28,021 bases of DNA, taken from positions 1 through 28,021 of the forward strand of contig JAQBYT010000048.1 of NCBI GenBank assembly GCA_027622665.1. Direction: 5' to 3'. Shown here piece by piece: positions 8,501-17,927 of the stretch. The stretch comes from Verrucomicrobiota bacterium (GTDB taxonomy: Bacteria; Verrucomicrobiota; Verrucomicrobiia; Opitutales; Seribacteraceae). The stretch's first letter is position 1. The number at the start of each line of letters is the position of its first letter. Below the pieces are notes generated by a model that was given only the letters and a program-made list of their open reading frames with translations, did not search any database and was not told the origin of the DNA. Made by a program: the position numbers and the translations under genes.

Positions 8501-10066
8501 CTATGGTTTGCGCACTGCCGGCATTTTCTTGGCGAAGGCGCAGTCCGTTCTTTCAAGTTCGGAAATGGTTTTTTTTCTGAGCTTTCGGAGGAGAGCGGAG
8601 TGTTTCCCTTCGAAGGCCAAGTTGGTAAGTTCATCGGGGTCTTTCTTCATGTCGTAGAGCTCTTCGGTTTCTCCGGGAATGAGGTTGCGGATGTATTTGT
8701 AGCGATCGGTCCGGAGGGAAACCCACCAAGGAACTTCCTGCTTCTGGTAGATAGGGTCATCCTTCATGTCTATCACGGTGTCGCAGTCTTCTCCGTAACT
8801 CATGCCCGTGTGGGCGAGCAGAAGCGGCGACTTCCAATCTTTCCCCTTGGGGCTTTCAAGGAGTGGAGTGAGGTCGCGCCCATGCATCTTCCACGGTAGT
8901 TCAAGCCGAGCCGTCTTGAAGAAGGTGGGTACTAGGTCGGCTCCACCCACTGGTTTGTGGCAAACTTTTCCCTGAGGGAAACGCTTGGGCATGCTGACGA
9001 TCAAAGGGCCGCGGATCGTACCGTCATAGGGAGCGAGTTTCATTTGGAACCCCTGTTGTCCCCAGGCTATTCCTTGGTCCGCCCCGAAAACGATCAGGGT
9101 GTTGTCGTATTGCCCGGTTTCCTTAAGTGCCCGAATTAGTTTGCCGACCCCTTCGTCGATGGCGAGGACGCCTTGGTGGTATTGGCGGGAGAGGGCATGG
9201 ATATCGTTTCCGTGGATGGCCTTGCCGCTCACCGTTCGGCCGGCGAATTGGCCCGACTTTAGGACCGGCAATCCATCGGGACCAGGGATCCATTGTTCTT
9301 TTTCCCGGGAATATTTTGGTTTCCCTTCCCGAGGAGGGTAAATGTCCTCGGGGATCTCGATCTTGGAGTTTGGGTAACGACCAAAGTGCCGTTTGGCCGG
9401 GGTGAAGGGACCGTGCACGGCCCCGTAGCAAAGCCAAAGGTAGAAGGGTTTGCTCTCGTCTTTGCCATGACCGCCCCGGAGGTATTCTTCCGCCCACTTG
9501 GTGTAGTTGTCGGTCGAGTAGCCTTGGGTCATTACCGGTTTGGGCCCGTTGGTCTGGATCAGTTGCTGATCGAAGTAGTTTCCGGAATTGGCAGGGAAAG
9601 CGGGTCGATTCCAGACTTTTTGAAAATCCCAATCGCGACCATACCCGTTGTCAACTCCTGTGTGCCATTTCCCTATTTGAGCGGTTTAGTATCCTTTTTT
9701 GCGGAAGACCGATGGCCAAAATGGGCATTGCTCGGGATCGTATTTACTGCTGGGATATTAGCCCTCCATCCGCATGGATCGGACGCCGTAGGTCTGGTGA
9801 CCGGTGAGCAAAGTTGCTCTAGATGCCATGCACCAGGAGCCCATGTAGCAATGGGCGAAGCGGATACCTTTTTTTGCCAAGGAGTCGATATTTGGCGTAT
9901 TCACCCAGTCGGGGGCTTCCGGATAGCAACTTACAGTTCGATGCGACTGGTCGTCGGTAAAGATGAACAGGATATTAGGCTTCTTTTCGGTTTCGGCTCC
10001 GTAGGCGGCGAAGACGAACAACAAGCAAAGTGCTGCAAATAAGTGAATTATCGTTGTTTTCTTCAT
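8501..10066 (-). pseudogene. S1 sulfatase interrupted by two in-frame TAA codons
   Basis: ORFs 9758..10144 and 8501..9532 share one frame. Read-through gives 'CMASR...MEG*YPSSKYDPEQCPFWPSVFRKKGY*TAQIGKWH', with TAA at 9758-9760 and 9686-9688. Start MKKTT at 10066. Confidence 0.88.
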
Positions 10067-10304
10067 TTTTGATAATCTGTTTTCTTGGCAGTATTTTTTG
10101 CGCTTGGAAGGGAGGTGACCGAACGGACAGCCTTGTTTGACCATGTCGGGCCCGATCGAATTAATGGGCTAGCCATAGTAAACGGCAAGCGAAATTTTCT
10201 TTTTCCTTGGCTGATTTTGACATAAGCGGTGTAGGGGCGGGGTTAGTGAATAGAGATGAATTGCCGTATAGACATTAGGACAGTGTGGAAATAGGAATAA
10301 AAGG

Positions 10305-11705
10305 ATGGATTTTCGCTCTCTCCTTTTATTGCCGGTTGTTTTTTATGCGGTTGTTGAGACGGCTGCCCCCAACTTGATCGTCATCACGACCGACGATCTT
10401 GGGTATTCGGACGTCGGCTTCAACGGATGTAAGGATATCCCCACCCCCAATATCGACTCCATTGCATCAAATGGCGTTCGCTGCACCAACGGATACGTTT
10501 CCTATTCCGTGTGAGGTCCGTCTCGAGCCGGATTCATAACCGGGCGCTACCAACAGCGTTTTGGGTTCGAGCGTAACCCGCAGTACCAGCCTAATGATCC
10601 AGATATGGGTCTCACCCGCAAGGAGAAGACCATTGCCGAGTTGTTGGCTCCCGTAGGTTACCATTCGGGCATAATTGGCAAATGGCATCTCGGAGCCCAT
10701 GCCCCCACCAGTCATCCTATGAAGCGCGGCTTCAACGAGTTCTACGGGCACCTCGGAGGGGGACACAAGTACATGCCGGAAGACCTCGTGATCAAGGACG
10801 GCGCCAAAGCCAAGGGCGAGGGGGAAAGTTATCGGACTTGGATTCTGAAGAATTATACCCCGGTGCCTCCTCGCAAATACTTGACCGATGAATTTTCAGA
10901 CGAGGCGGTCTTCTTCGTGGAGCGAAACAAGGACAAGCCGTTCTTTCTCTTTCTTTCCTATAACGCCCCTCATACCCCTTTGCAGGCGACCGCCAAATAC
11001 CTCAATCGTTTTACTCATATAAAGGACCCCAAGCGAAAAACCTATGCCGCCATGGTGAGCGCCATAGACGATGGGGTAGGGCTCCTTCTCAAAAGCCTCC
11101 GCGAGAACAAGCTAGAGGAGAAAACCATCGTGGGCTTCCTCTCCGACAATGGTGGACCAATCACCAAGAACGCATCCGGCAACACCCCTTTGCACGGGGC
11201 CAAGGGAGATGTGTGGGAAGGGGGGCATCGGGTTCCTTTCGCCCTGCAATGGAAAGGAACCTTGCCAGCGGGGAAAACATATGACCACCCCGTTTCCTCT
11301 CTCGATTTCGCCGCCACTATGGTCGCCCTGTCCGGAGCCAAGGTGGACAAGGACAAGCCCCTTGATGGAGTGAATCTCGTTCCTTATCTTGTCGGCAAGA
11401 ATCCAAACTCGCCTCACGAGGTGCTTTTTCTCCGAAAATACGATGATCAACGCTATTCCGTGCGCAAGGGAAACTTCAAGTTGGTCATCCCTTTTCGGAA
11501 CGGCAAGCCCCAGCTTTACGACTTGGACGAGGACATCGGTGAAACTCGTAACCTAGCCTCGGCTAAACCGAAAATCCTCGCCGAATTGAATGCACTTCGC
11601 TAGGAGTGGTCCGCTCAACTTATCGATCCCACTTTCAAGGGGCTGATCCATCTTAAAAGGGGTTCCGGCCCCCCTTCACCCAATAAAAATAAAAATAAAA
11701 AATGA
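10305..11705 (+). CDS. S1 sulfatase with in-frame TGA at the catalytic Cys (candidate selenoprotein, or pseudogene) and an in-frame TAG near the C-terminus
   Basis: ORFs 10305..10514 and 10605..11603 are one frame: 'TDDLGYSD...[16 protein letters not shown]...GKWHLG...SDNGG'. TGA at 10512-10514 and TAG at 11601-11603. The frame continues 33 codons to TGA 11703-11705, overlapping the next ATG. Confidence 0.85.
11682..11699 (+). repeat. (AATAAA)3 tandem hexamer
   Basis: aataaaaataaaaataaa encodes NKNKNK in the tail of the 10305 sulfatase frame. Confidence 0.6.
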
Positions 11706-13087
11706 AAAAATGGCTCACATCCTGCGTCTTTGCTTTCTCCTTGGCGATCTCTTCGGTTCAAGCTGCGAAGCGGCCCAACATCGTCTTCATTTTTGCCGAT
11801 GACTGGGGCTGGGGGGACCTAGGATGCCATGGCCATCCCTACCTGAAGACACCCAATATCGACCGCTTGGCCAAGGAGGGGACCGACTTTCATCGTTTCA
11901 CCGTTGCCAGCGGAGTGTGTTCGCCCAGTCGGACGGCCGTCATGACCGGGCATTTCCCAGCTCGATACAACATCGATGGTCACTTTGCATGGGTACCCAG
12001 CAATGCTAAGCGCAACATGCCGGACTGGCTCGACCCACGGGCCCCTCTGCTTTCCCGATTTCTTCAAAAAGGAGGCTATGCCACCGCCCATTACGGAAAG
12101 TGGCATTTGGCCAACGACATGATTCCCGACGCTCCCTTTCCGAGCGAGTACGGCTACGATGACTACGGGGCATTCAATTGTTCGGGTCCCCAAATGTTCG
12201 TTCATGACGACGTCAAGAGCGCCATCCCCTTCATCGAGAAAAGCCATGCCCAAGGAAAGCCGTTCTTCATCAACCTCTGGATGCACGAACCACACACTCC
12301 CTTTCACGTAGACCCCAAGCTGCAGAAGCTATTTCCCAAGCTGGACGAGAAACACAATATTTACGCGGCGACCTTGTTTCATGCCGACCTAAGAATCGGC
12401 CAACTGCTTGATACTCTGGATCGTCTAAGGTTAACTGACAGCACCCTGGTCATCTTTAGCTCCGACAATGGACCTGCTCGAGGGAGCGCGGACTCCAAGC
12501 TTACTTTGTCTTATGACTCTGCAACCGGACCGGGTTACGGAATAGCTGCTGCCAAAGGAATTACCGGCGGTCGGCGAGCCTACAAAGGGGCCCTTTTGGA
12601 GGGAGGGGTCGGGGTGCCTTTCATTGCTCGTTGGCCGGGGAAGGTGGCCGTGGGAAAAGTGGACAAGACGGCCATTTTTTCCGCGGTGGATCTCCTTCCG
12701 ACCTTTTGCGAAATCGCGGGAGTCAAGTTGCCCGCATCTTATAAGCCGGACGGTGTGAGCCAAGTCGAGACCCTGAAGGGGAAGGGGAGCGCCCTTCGTG
12801 AAAAACCCCTGTTTTGGAAAATAGGCGCCCCATGGCCCGCTCGCTCATCCAAGCCCGACCATTGGGTGTCCTATGCCGTGGCGAAGGACCAATGGAAGCT
12901 CGTGACCAACTTTAAAGGCACCCATTGGGAACTCTTTGATCTGGTCGCCGATCCCTACGAGAAGAGCGATCTTAAGGAGAAGAACCCAAAGGTGGTGAAG
13001 GAATTGCTACACTTGCTCGACGAATGGCGGGGTACGCTACCGGCAAAACCCACCGGGAAAGTGTTTTCGAACTTGCGGGCCCGCTAA
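11702..13087 (+). CDS. Formylglycine-dependent sulfatase (family S1), intact
   Basis: Signal peptide, 'FADDWGWGD', 'CSPSRTAVMTG', 'GKWHL', 'EPHTP', 'SSDNG', 'ELFDLVADPYE'. Confidence 0.93.
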   Translation: MKKWLTSCVFAFSLAISSVQAAKRPNIVFIFADDWGWGDLGCHGHPYLKTPNIDRLAKEGTDFHRFTVASGVCSPSRTAVMTGHFPARYNIDGHFAWVPSNAKRNMPDWLDPRAPLLSRFLQKGGYATAHYGKWHLANDMIPDAPFPSEYGYDDYGAFNCSGPQMFVHDDVKSAIPFIEKSHAQGKPFFINLWMHEPHTPFHVDPKLQKLFPKLDEKHNIYAATLFHADLRIGQLLDTLDRLRLTDSTLVIFSSDNGPARGSADSKLTLSYDSATGPGYGIAAAKGITGGRRAYKGALLEGGVGVPFIARWPGKVAVGKVDKTAIFSAVDLLPTFCEIAGVKLPASYKPDGVSQVETLKGKGSALREKPLFWKIGAPWPARSSKPDHWVSYAVAKDQWKLVTNFKGTHWELFDLVADPYEKSDLKEKNPKVVKELLHLLDEWRGTLPAKPTGKVFSNLRAR

Positions 13088-13096
13088 TCCGATAGA

Positions 13097-13118
13097 AATT
13101 TGTCGTTGGGATAATCGC
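13097..13118. repeat. Copy 1 of a 22-bp imperfect palindromic intergenic repeat
   Basis: AATTTGTCGTTGGGATAATCGC, 19/22 identical to 23511..23532. Confidence 0.5.
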
Positions 13119-13234
13119 CAAAACAAATCTCTTCATCTATTCCGCCGCTTTTGAAATATCAGTTTGGTTGGCGCGGCATGGGTGCAAATTAAATAGTGCA
13201 GGCTAGACTCTGCCGCCAAATTCTAGCGTTGGAT

Positions 13235-14482
13235 CTACTTCATCATCTTGTCCAGTGTTTTGGCGATATTTTCACCCCATATGGCGTAGCCGTTCCTGTT
13301 TAGATGTACCCCGTCCCGCATGACGTCGTTCCGCAGTTTGCCATCCTTATCCATGAACTTTGCATTGATGTCTAGATACCGGACCATCTTGCCATCATCC
13401 ATCTTGGCCAGATAGGTGTTGGCACCTCCGGTCTTTGAGTCTTTTCCGGGGTCTTTGCTCGGGAAAATTGCAAGCAGCAGAATCTTGGTTTCAGGCAGCA
13501 TCCCCCTTAGTTTCCTGATGACTGTGGCAACGCCGAGTGCAATCTCTCCTGAGTTATTCATGCCCGAGTTGTTCGTGCCAAGCAGCAGGACGATAACTTT
13601 TGGAGATGTCCACTGCAGTTCGCCGTTTTCCAGTCGGAACAATACGTTTTCCGCTCGGTCTCCGCCGATGCCGAAGTTAGCCGGTTTGTACTTTCCGAAA
13701 TACGTATTCATAAGATCACTCGGCCAGCCTGATGTGATGGAATCACCTAGGAAGCAAAGATCGAAATTATTGGCCTTGGTTTTATTGAGGTTGCTCAAGT
13801 GATTATTCCAAAACCATCGGACACCGCCGGGGACCGGCTTGGTCGGGTCGTTGGAGGATGTCACGGTGACGGGCGGTGTCCCTTTGATGGGAGGAGCAAC
13901 GGGGTCGCTCCAGACTTCGTGAATGATTGTGCCCTTCGAGCCTGTGGGAAACGGTGAGAGGTTTGAGCCCGGAATGATCCGGAACGTGCTTTTGCCAGGG
14001 ATTATCCAACCTGCGGATACGTGGTCCCCGCCTGAATTCTCCCTGTGTATAGTCTCGATGTAGTACTTCCTTCCACGCTCTAATCGAACAGGTTTGGATC
14101 TCTGAGTTTCGTACTTGTTGAATTTTCCAACTTCCGTCCATTCATTAGTGTAAGCGATCAACTTCTTGTTCTTTGGATCCGAGTCGGTGCTGAGGAAGAG
14201 CTTCGACTGGTCGTCGCTTGTTATTCCGAATACGTGCTCGCCTGTCAGTTCGGGATAAATGAATCCGTGAATACGTGACCCGTAGCGATCACCGATTTCC
14301 TGTGAGCTTGCGAACGATTGGAGGACTGAACTCTTGTCAGGTTTCGATTCAGATCTAATCGAGCGAGTCCAGTCGCCATTTACATCTTGGGCGGGGAGAA
14401 GGGTAGAGAGCGCAAAGGCCAGCAGTCCGCTTTTCGCTTTGATGCCTGTTTCGAGTTTAGCCTGTTTTCTTGTCGAGGTCAT
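13235..14482 (-). CDS. PA14 domain + SGNH/GDSL esterase (PAF-acetylhydrolase-like) fusion
   Basis: PA14: 'YGSRIHGFI.P..TGEHVFGITSDDQSKLFLSTD', 'YYIE..HRE..GGDHVSAGW'. SGNH blocks: 'FLGDSIT', 'NFGIGGD', 'LLGTNN', 'DGVH'. Confidence 0.88.
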   Translation of the reverse strand: MTSTRKQAKLETGIKAKSGLLAFALSTLLPAQDVNGDWTRSIRSESKPDKSSVLQSFASSQEIGDRYGSRIHGFIYPELTGEHVFGITSDDQSKLFLSTDSDPKNKKLIAYTNEWTEVGKFNKYETQRSKPVRLERGRKYYIETIHRENSGGDHVSAGWIIPGKSTFRIIPGSNLSPFPTGSKGTIIHEVWSDPVAPPIKGTPPVTVTSSNDPTKPVPGGVRWFWNNHLSNLNKTKANNFDLCFLGDSITSGWPSDLMNTYFGKYKPANFGIGGDRAENVLFRLENGELQWTSPKVIVLLLGTNNSGMNNSGEIALGVATVIRKLRGMLPETKILLLAIFPSKDPGKDSKTGGANTYLAKMDDGKMVRYLDINAKFMDKDGKLRNDVMRDGVHLNRNGYAIWGENIAKTLDKMMK

Positions 14483-14621
14483 TCTTAAATCGTTGATTAA
14501 TTTTTTGTATCTCTTTCGTCCATTTTTTTTGAACTAAAAATACAGCTTGAGACATATTCTTACAAGATAGTAGAGTGGGGCAATGCCGGACGCAAGCTAG
14601 TGGGAATTATGCTGTAAAACA

Positions 14622-14635
14622 ATAACTCGAGTTAT
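14622..14635. promoter_or_regulatory. Perfect 14-bp palindrome, possible operator
   Basis: ATAACTCGAGTTAT in the AT-rich divergent intergenic region 14483..14837. Confidence 0.3.
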
Positions 14636-14837
14636 AGGAGTGCTCCCTGATTTGTGATTTACTCGAATTAGAAACGACTCTCTCTTTGATTTTCTTTATA
14701 GAAGCCGGCTAAAGAAATAAGAGTTGGGTTGATTTCCGATTTCAATTAAATCCGAGGTGTTTCAATGTAGCCATTTTCGCTCCAAACATCATCTTGCCTG
14801 AAACTTTACAATCCCTTTGAAGTTTACATGATTTAAC

Positions 14838-15134
14838 ATGTTTCCCATGAAAAATTTGATTTCCCTTTGTTCAATTGCCTTTTTGCTGTCTGATTTTGCT
14901 TTCGCTCAAAAGAAGAAATTTTCGAATGTTTTGTCGGCATCGGAAAGCGTTATGAAATCCTCACCGGGAGGTAATTCAAAAAACAAAAATCGAAAGGAAC
15001 GCAAGCCCGGTAAGAAAAAGGAGAACGCGACTGTAAAGGGAATACCACCTCTTCCACATATTGAAAATGCTCTTCCCGTGAAGCCTGATAATCGTTTTCG
15101 AATGGAAATTTCTTACTTGAAACAGTACAACTAA
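14838..15134 (+). CDS. Small hypothetical secreted Lys-rich protein (possibly an N-terminal remnant)
   Basis: Signal peptide 'MKNLISLCSIAFLLSDFAFA' followed by a Lys-rich low-complexity segment. No family recognised. Confidence 0.45.
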   Translation: MFPMKNLISLCSIAFLLSDFAFAQKKKFSNVLSASESVMKSSPGGNSKNKNRKERKPGKKKENATVKGIPPLPHIENALPVKPDNRFRMEISYLKQYN

Positions 15135-15308
15135 CCGCAACCAGCAAACACCCAATAAATACTCTTATAAATCCCCAAAATCGTTCCTTCCAAAATAAAT
15201 CGTTGTTAATAAAACCCCTGAGTTTAGTATAATATAAATGACATTGAAATACCAATACCCTGCCCCCGAAACGGCACCCGTGAATTGTGGATAATTCAAG
15301 TCATTCCC

Positions 15309-17804
15309 TCACGGCATAACCAGTTTTCCGAACTTTGCCGGAATATGCCAACCGCGGGCCGTGGGCGAGAAGGCCTGGATTTCCGGCGTTTCAAGGCCGG
15401 CCAAGCGGTGCCTTCCAACATTGAAATACCATGGATCCGCGGCGGTTGGCTTTGATCCAGCCACGCGGTGATTCGGGTCGGCCTCGGCCTCCGCGACACC
15501 AACGACGGGGATACGCAGTTTAATGCGCCAGAAGTCGGTGCCCTTTTCCGTTGTTAACTCCGCCAGGGATTTCCAACCGGGCGTCGGGTCGCCCTCGACA
15601 ATCGCACCATCCGGGTTGATCTCCATGTGGTAGTAGGAGTGGTTCGGGGTAACCAGGGAGACGGCAATATAGTCGCCGCTGCCCCCTGCAATCACAAGTT
15701 TGTTCATGGCGGGTTCTGTACAGACGATATCTAACAGCAGCGCCTCATTGTCCCAGCCAACTTTAAAGCTCGTTTCCACAGCCGGTTTCTTCTTGCCCCG
15801 CATGGCGCTCAGTGTGTAGGACGTCGCGCCGGTCAGCGCCGGCCCCTCGACTCCGATTGCCACACGCGCTTTCGCCCGCGCCTCGACCAAGCCTTTCTCA
15901 ATCTTCTTGTATTTCGCTACCACGTCCTCTCGCGGCTGCAGGTCTGCGATAACGGCCTGCACGCGCTGCCCGTAAACGTTATCCCCCGCCGCCACTTTCG
16001 CTGCATCGAGCAGATCTCGCAACTTGAGCGCCGTTGCCAGAGAAACGTTCCACATATACCCTCGTCCCCTGCCTTTGCTTTCATCCTTGACGGCAAGATT
16101 CTTCTCGGCGAAGTCAATCGCCGCCTTCATCTGCTTTGCCGCCGGTCCGTAGAACATTCGGCAGTACTCGTCGAGTACCTGGTCCACGTCCAGGTCGGCA
16201 TCCCAATGGAAGCGGGACTGGACATAGAGCGTAATGTGCTCAAGCCCCGGTCTCTTCCATTTGCCCCGGAACTGGCTCTTTTCGCCTATTTCACCAGCCG
16301 AGATTCCTTTGAGCTCCTTAAGTTCCCGGGCCGTGGCACGCGGGAAGATTATAGGATAGGAAATCGGAATCCCTCGGACGCCGGGCGCCGCCACGCCCGA
16401 AACATGATAACGGTTGTTCTCGCTCCGAAGGATATGTCCCGGTGCCATCTTGCTTTGCCACTTTTCCACGCGCGCCCAGAATTCCGCCCAGTGCTCGGCA
16501 TCCAGCATTTTCGGGCGGCCGGAATTGGAGATCCAGACCGCAAGATTCGGACTGAACTTCTCGATGGTATCGGGGGCGTCGATGTACGAGGTATAGGCGC
16601 CACAGGTGATGAGTTTCTCCGGATGCGTCTTGTAGACCTCACGGGCCACGCGGTCGGCGAATTCCCAGACCATTTCCGAGGCCGTCTTGTCCTTGCATTT
16701 TTCGCACTGGCAGTGTTTCAGACCATCGCCCGGCCAGACCCCAAGATGTGATAGGTTATACTCGTCGAAAACAAAACGGATATAGTTGACGGCTTCCTGC
16801 TCCATTCCCTTGGAACTGTAGCACACCGTGCCCATGTCGTTGTGATCGGTGTCCCGCTTGCCGCCGATGAGCGCGTAGTACTCGGGGTGGGTCTTACGCA
16901 TCGCCTCCGTGCGGTGAACTTCCATCAGTCCATGCATACCCATATTCAGTCCAACATACGCGAAACTGGAGTTCACGCCGATGCGCCGCGCCCAGATAAC
17001 GTCGTCGAATCCGAACGACGAATAATTGTACCACGTATATGCGCGGAGTGGGTAATCGGGCTTGACGAGTTCGTCACGGGGGCCGACTTTTTCGAGGGTG
17101 GCTGTTTTGGGGAGAACTTCTCCCAGTTCGCCCGCCATGAACCAGTGCGCGCCCAACTGGCGCAAGAGCGCGTACACGGCATTGAGCGAACCGCCTTCAT
17201 CATGGAGCCAGAATCCCTTGAGCGCCTTGCCACCAGTCATCCAAAGTAAAAATGAACCCTTTCCATATTTGTCATCAAGTATTTTTGCGAAGTCTTTAGG
17301 ACTCCATAAGTCAGCCCGAACGTTTCTAAATGGAGTCGCCCAGGTCGAGTCGGTCAAACCGCTTTCCTTGACGGCCTTATCCCATTTTTTTTGAGATTCA
17401 AGGTCCCCCCGTCTTTTGGGAATGGGATACTTGTCAGCATCAAAATCATTGTCATTGCCGATGAGCGCCAGCCAGTCATTCCTTGAAACTATCCGATAGG
17501 CCCCGTATTTCAATCCATCGTCCTTGATACCGAGTTTTTCCGTTTCAGGACTCTTGCCCACATAAATTTTTACCGCAATCGAGGCATCAGGGGTAGTTAC
17601 AATTGGCAAACGCGCCCCGCTGATTTTTTCTATCCCTCGTTGCAATTCTAAAGCCGCCAATGTTGCCATGCGTGGGCGGTTCTTATCAGCAATGACAATC
17701 TGAGCGTTGGGCTTGCCCTCCTTGACGATCATCGGAACACCTTCGGCCATCAGGTTGAAAAACCAGAGGGCGCCCCCTATGAAAATAATAATTATTTTAT
17801 TCAT
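15309..17804 (-). CDS. DUF4838 domain protein with N-terminal GH67/GH20-like cap and C-terminal CBM9-like domain
   Basis: 831 aa with signal peptide, 'AALELQRGIEKISGARLPI', 'HPEYYALIGGKR...TVCYS', 'DGLKHCQCEKC', 'WDADLDVDQVLDEYCRMFYGPAA', and C-terminal 'FKVGWDNEALLL...YYHMEINPDG'. GAGGA upstream. Confidence 0.8.
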   Translation of the reverse strand: MNKIIIIFIGGALWFFNLMAEGVPMIVKEGKPNAQIVIADKNRPRMATLAALELQRGIEKISGARLPIVTTPDASIAVKIYVGKSPETEKLGIKDDGLKYGAYRIVSRNDWLALIGNDNDFDADKYPIPKRRGDLESQKKWDKAVKESGLTDSTWATPFRNVRADLWSPKDFAKILDDKYGKGSFLLWMTGGKALKGFWLHDEGGSLNAVYALLRQLGAHWFMAGELGEVLPKTATLEKVGPRDELVKPDYPLRAYTWYNYSSFGFDDVIWARRIGVNSSFAYVGLNMGMHGLMEVHRTEAMRKTHPEYYALIGGKRDTDHNDMGTVCYSSKGMEQEAVNYIRFVFDEYNLSHLGVWPGDGLKHCQCEKCKDKTASEMVWEFADRVAREVYKTHPEKLITCGAYTSYIDAPDTIEKFSPNLAVWISNSGRPKMLDAEHWAEFWARVEKWQSKMAPGHILRSENNRYHVSGVAAPGVRGIPISYPIIFPRATARELKELKGISAGEIGEKSQFRGKWKRPGLEHITLYVQSRFHWDADLDVDQVLDEYCRMFYGPAAKQMKAAIDFAEKNLAVKDESKGRGRGYMWNVSLATALKLRDLLDAAKVAAGDNVYGQRVQAVIADLQPREDVVAKYKKIEKGLVEARAKARVAIGVEGPALTGATSYTLSAMRGKKKPAVETSFKVGWDNEALLLDIVCTEPAMNKLVIAGGSGDYIAVSLVTPNHSYYHMEINPDGAIVEGDPTPGWKSLAELTTEKGTDFWRIKLRIPVVGVAEAEADPNHRVAGSKPTAADPWYFNVGRHRLAGLETPEIQAFSPTARGWHIPAKFGKLVMP

Positions 17805-17927
17805 ACTTATTCCTCGTATAACTTCCGTAACGTGTAAATTTTGCTTATCCCTCTTTATATAACCAATTTTCTTTTAAAAATTATTTTCGTAGCCAGATAT
17901 TTAAAATCCAACCTATCCAGTGCAGCC

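Noticed and set aside
10217..10250. Sigma70 promoter from a perfect TTGACA at 10217-10222
   Set aside because: No convincing -10 hexamer at 16-18 nt spacing.
11601..11603. Pyrrolysine at the in-frame TAG
   Set aside because: Non-catalytic position, no pyl genes seen, and a point mutation is the simpler explanation.
13088..13234. Integron attC site or structured ncRNA in the convergent intergenic region
   Set aside because: Only short imperfect inverted repeats. No matched RYYYAAC/GTTRRRY pair, no integrase and no cassette periodicity.
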